A stretch of DNA of 64,000 nt from a virus, in the IMG/VR virus record IMGVR_UViG_3300042013_000045, positions 108,838-172,837 of that record. One strand, 5' to 3'. Positions 63,112 to 64,000 of the stretch are shown here, one piece after another. Below the pieces are notes generated by a model. The model was not told where the DNA came from, did not search any database, and worked only from the letters and a program-made list of their open reading frames with translations. The position numbers and the translations under genes were made by a program. Positions within the stretch are counted from its first letter, which is position 1. Every line of letters starts with the position of its first letter.

Positions 63112-63713
63112 ACCTTTTCGCTTAAGCGAGCCAAGTACTTGATGGACAGTTCGTCGTAGACGTCAGAATCGTCCATGACTTCTTCCATGGAGACGCGACC
63201 CAACGCTTGACTGTGACCGTGCACTTCGAATGCTTGGCGATCCCCAGTCTTTTCCTTGCTGACGGTATCGAGTTTGAACCCGAAGACCAACGTGTTGTCG
63301 ACCACGCTGAACGCGTTAGCGTCGTTCAGTTCTGTGATCTCTTCGTTAGTGAGGGCTGCGAAGACGGCACCTTTGATGGTACGGCCCATGCAGACGTCGC
63401 CGGTTACGTCGTTGAATTGGCTGTCAGCAAGGTCAATGTGAACTTGCGGCACGATGGTGAGTTTGCCGTTAGGGATCTGATACGCGTTGAAGTAGAACCG
63501 ACCATCCACTTGCTCGAGGAAACACAGACCTACCATCAGGGGTGCATAACCATCGGGGAAGTTTCGTGCGATAACCACGTCGTCAGCCAAGAGCCCGCTG
63601 ATCTTGTATTGGAACCCGGCGGACAGGTCATCAATGTTATTGAGCTGAGCAGCCTCCAGCGCACAGGCCAGAGTCAGGTTCATTTGTACGCCGTATACGA
63701 AATCATGGGACAT
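63108..63713 (-). CDS. Hypothetical protein, possibly degenerate NUDIX-like
   Basis: VHIDLAD...AALTNEEI weakly resembles GGHI..D...REL.EE. Confidence 0.6.
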   Translation of the reverse strand: MSHDFVYGVQMNLTLACALEAAQLNNIDDLSAGFQYKISGLLADDVVIARNFPDGYAPLMVGLCFLEQVDGRFYFNAYQIPNGKLTIVPQVHIDLADSQFNDVTGDVCMGRTIKGAVFAALTNEEITELNDANAFSVVDNTLVFGFKLDTVSKEKTGDRQAFEVHGHSQALGRVSMEEVMDDSDVYDELSIKYLARLSEKV

Positions 63714-63719
63714 GGGTTG

Positions 63720-63956
63720 TTATCCTTCAAGTTTAAAGTCTGGGCCAATTTCTCGAGCCATACCCGAGAAACCAAACGCGGGGAATAGAACAATCTTACC
63801 GTGCATGTGCTTGAGGCCTTTCTCAGCCATCCATGCACGACAGAGCTTGTGTTGGATTTCGATCTCTTCCTCATCGTTCCATTTGTCATGGGGTCTGAGC
63901 CAGTTCGATTCAGCAGAGATATGCACGCCATGGATCACGTCATCGACAATGATCAT
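63720..63956 (-). CDS. Hypothetical protein
   Basis: 78 aa, GGAG RBS. Confidence 0.65.
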   Translation of the reverse strand: MIIVDDVIHGVHISAESNWLRPHDKWNDEEEIEIQHKLCRAWMAEKGLKHMHGKIVLFPAFGFSGMAREIGPDFKLEG

Positions 63957-64000
63957 GCCGTGGTCTCCGCGTTCGATGAGATCTTTGATGATGAACTGGT

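Noticed and set aside
1-64000. CRISPR array, DGR, retron, integrase or transposase
   Set aside because: No regularly spaced direct repeats and no reverse transcriptase or recombinase motifs seen; paralogous tail genes do not look like adenine-specific TR/VR pairs

Overview
This window comes from a large lytic tailed phage of roughly 50-55% GC (estimated by eye). It is most likely a phiKZ-like jumbo phage of Pseudomonas or a related gammaproteobacterium. That assignment is inferred from phiKZ-type TATG late-start and TACATT/TATATT-type early motifs, a PA1167-like PL7 lyase, SspB and MqsA-like genes, and the dense one-strand gene layout. About 95 CDS lie almost all on the minus strand. Recognisable products are an NAD-dependent DNA ligase, DHFR, a thymidylate synthase with insertions, a macro-domain protein, an HD phosphohydrolase, a DEDDh exonuclease, two SspB paralogues, an MqsA-like HTH, an AlpA-like HTH, a PL7 alginate lyase, a 2OG-Fe(II) oxygenase-like protein and a dispersed modular family of tail-fibre/adhesin/LamG proteins. 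The most unusual content is non-coding. (i) A ~3.4-kb RNA operon (30570-33972) interleaves five canonical tRNAs (Asp, Trp, Tyr, Gln, Asn) with tRNA-shaped RNAs whose anticodon arms are replaced by long or branched domains, plus three larger structured RNAs. (ii) A ~750-nt stretch (1266-2006) consists of about 20 back-to-back hairpins and lies downstream of the same bipartite promoter-like motif as the RNA operon. (iii) Several free-standing small structured RNAs occur elsewhere. All structures were folded by hand; no database searches were run.
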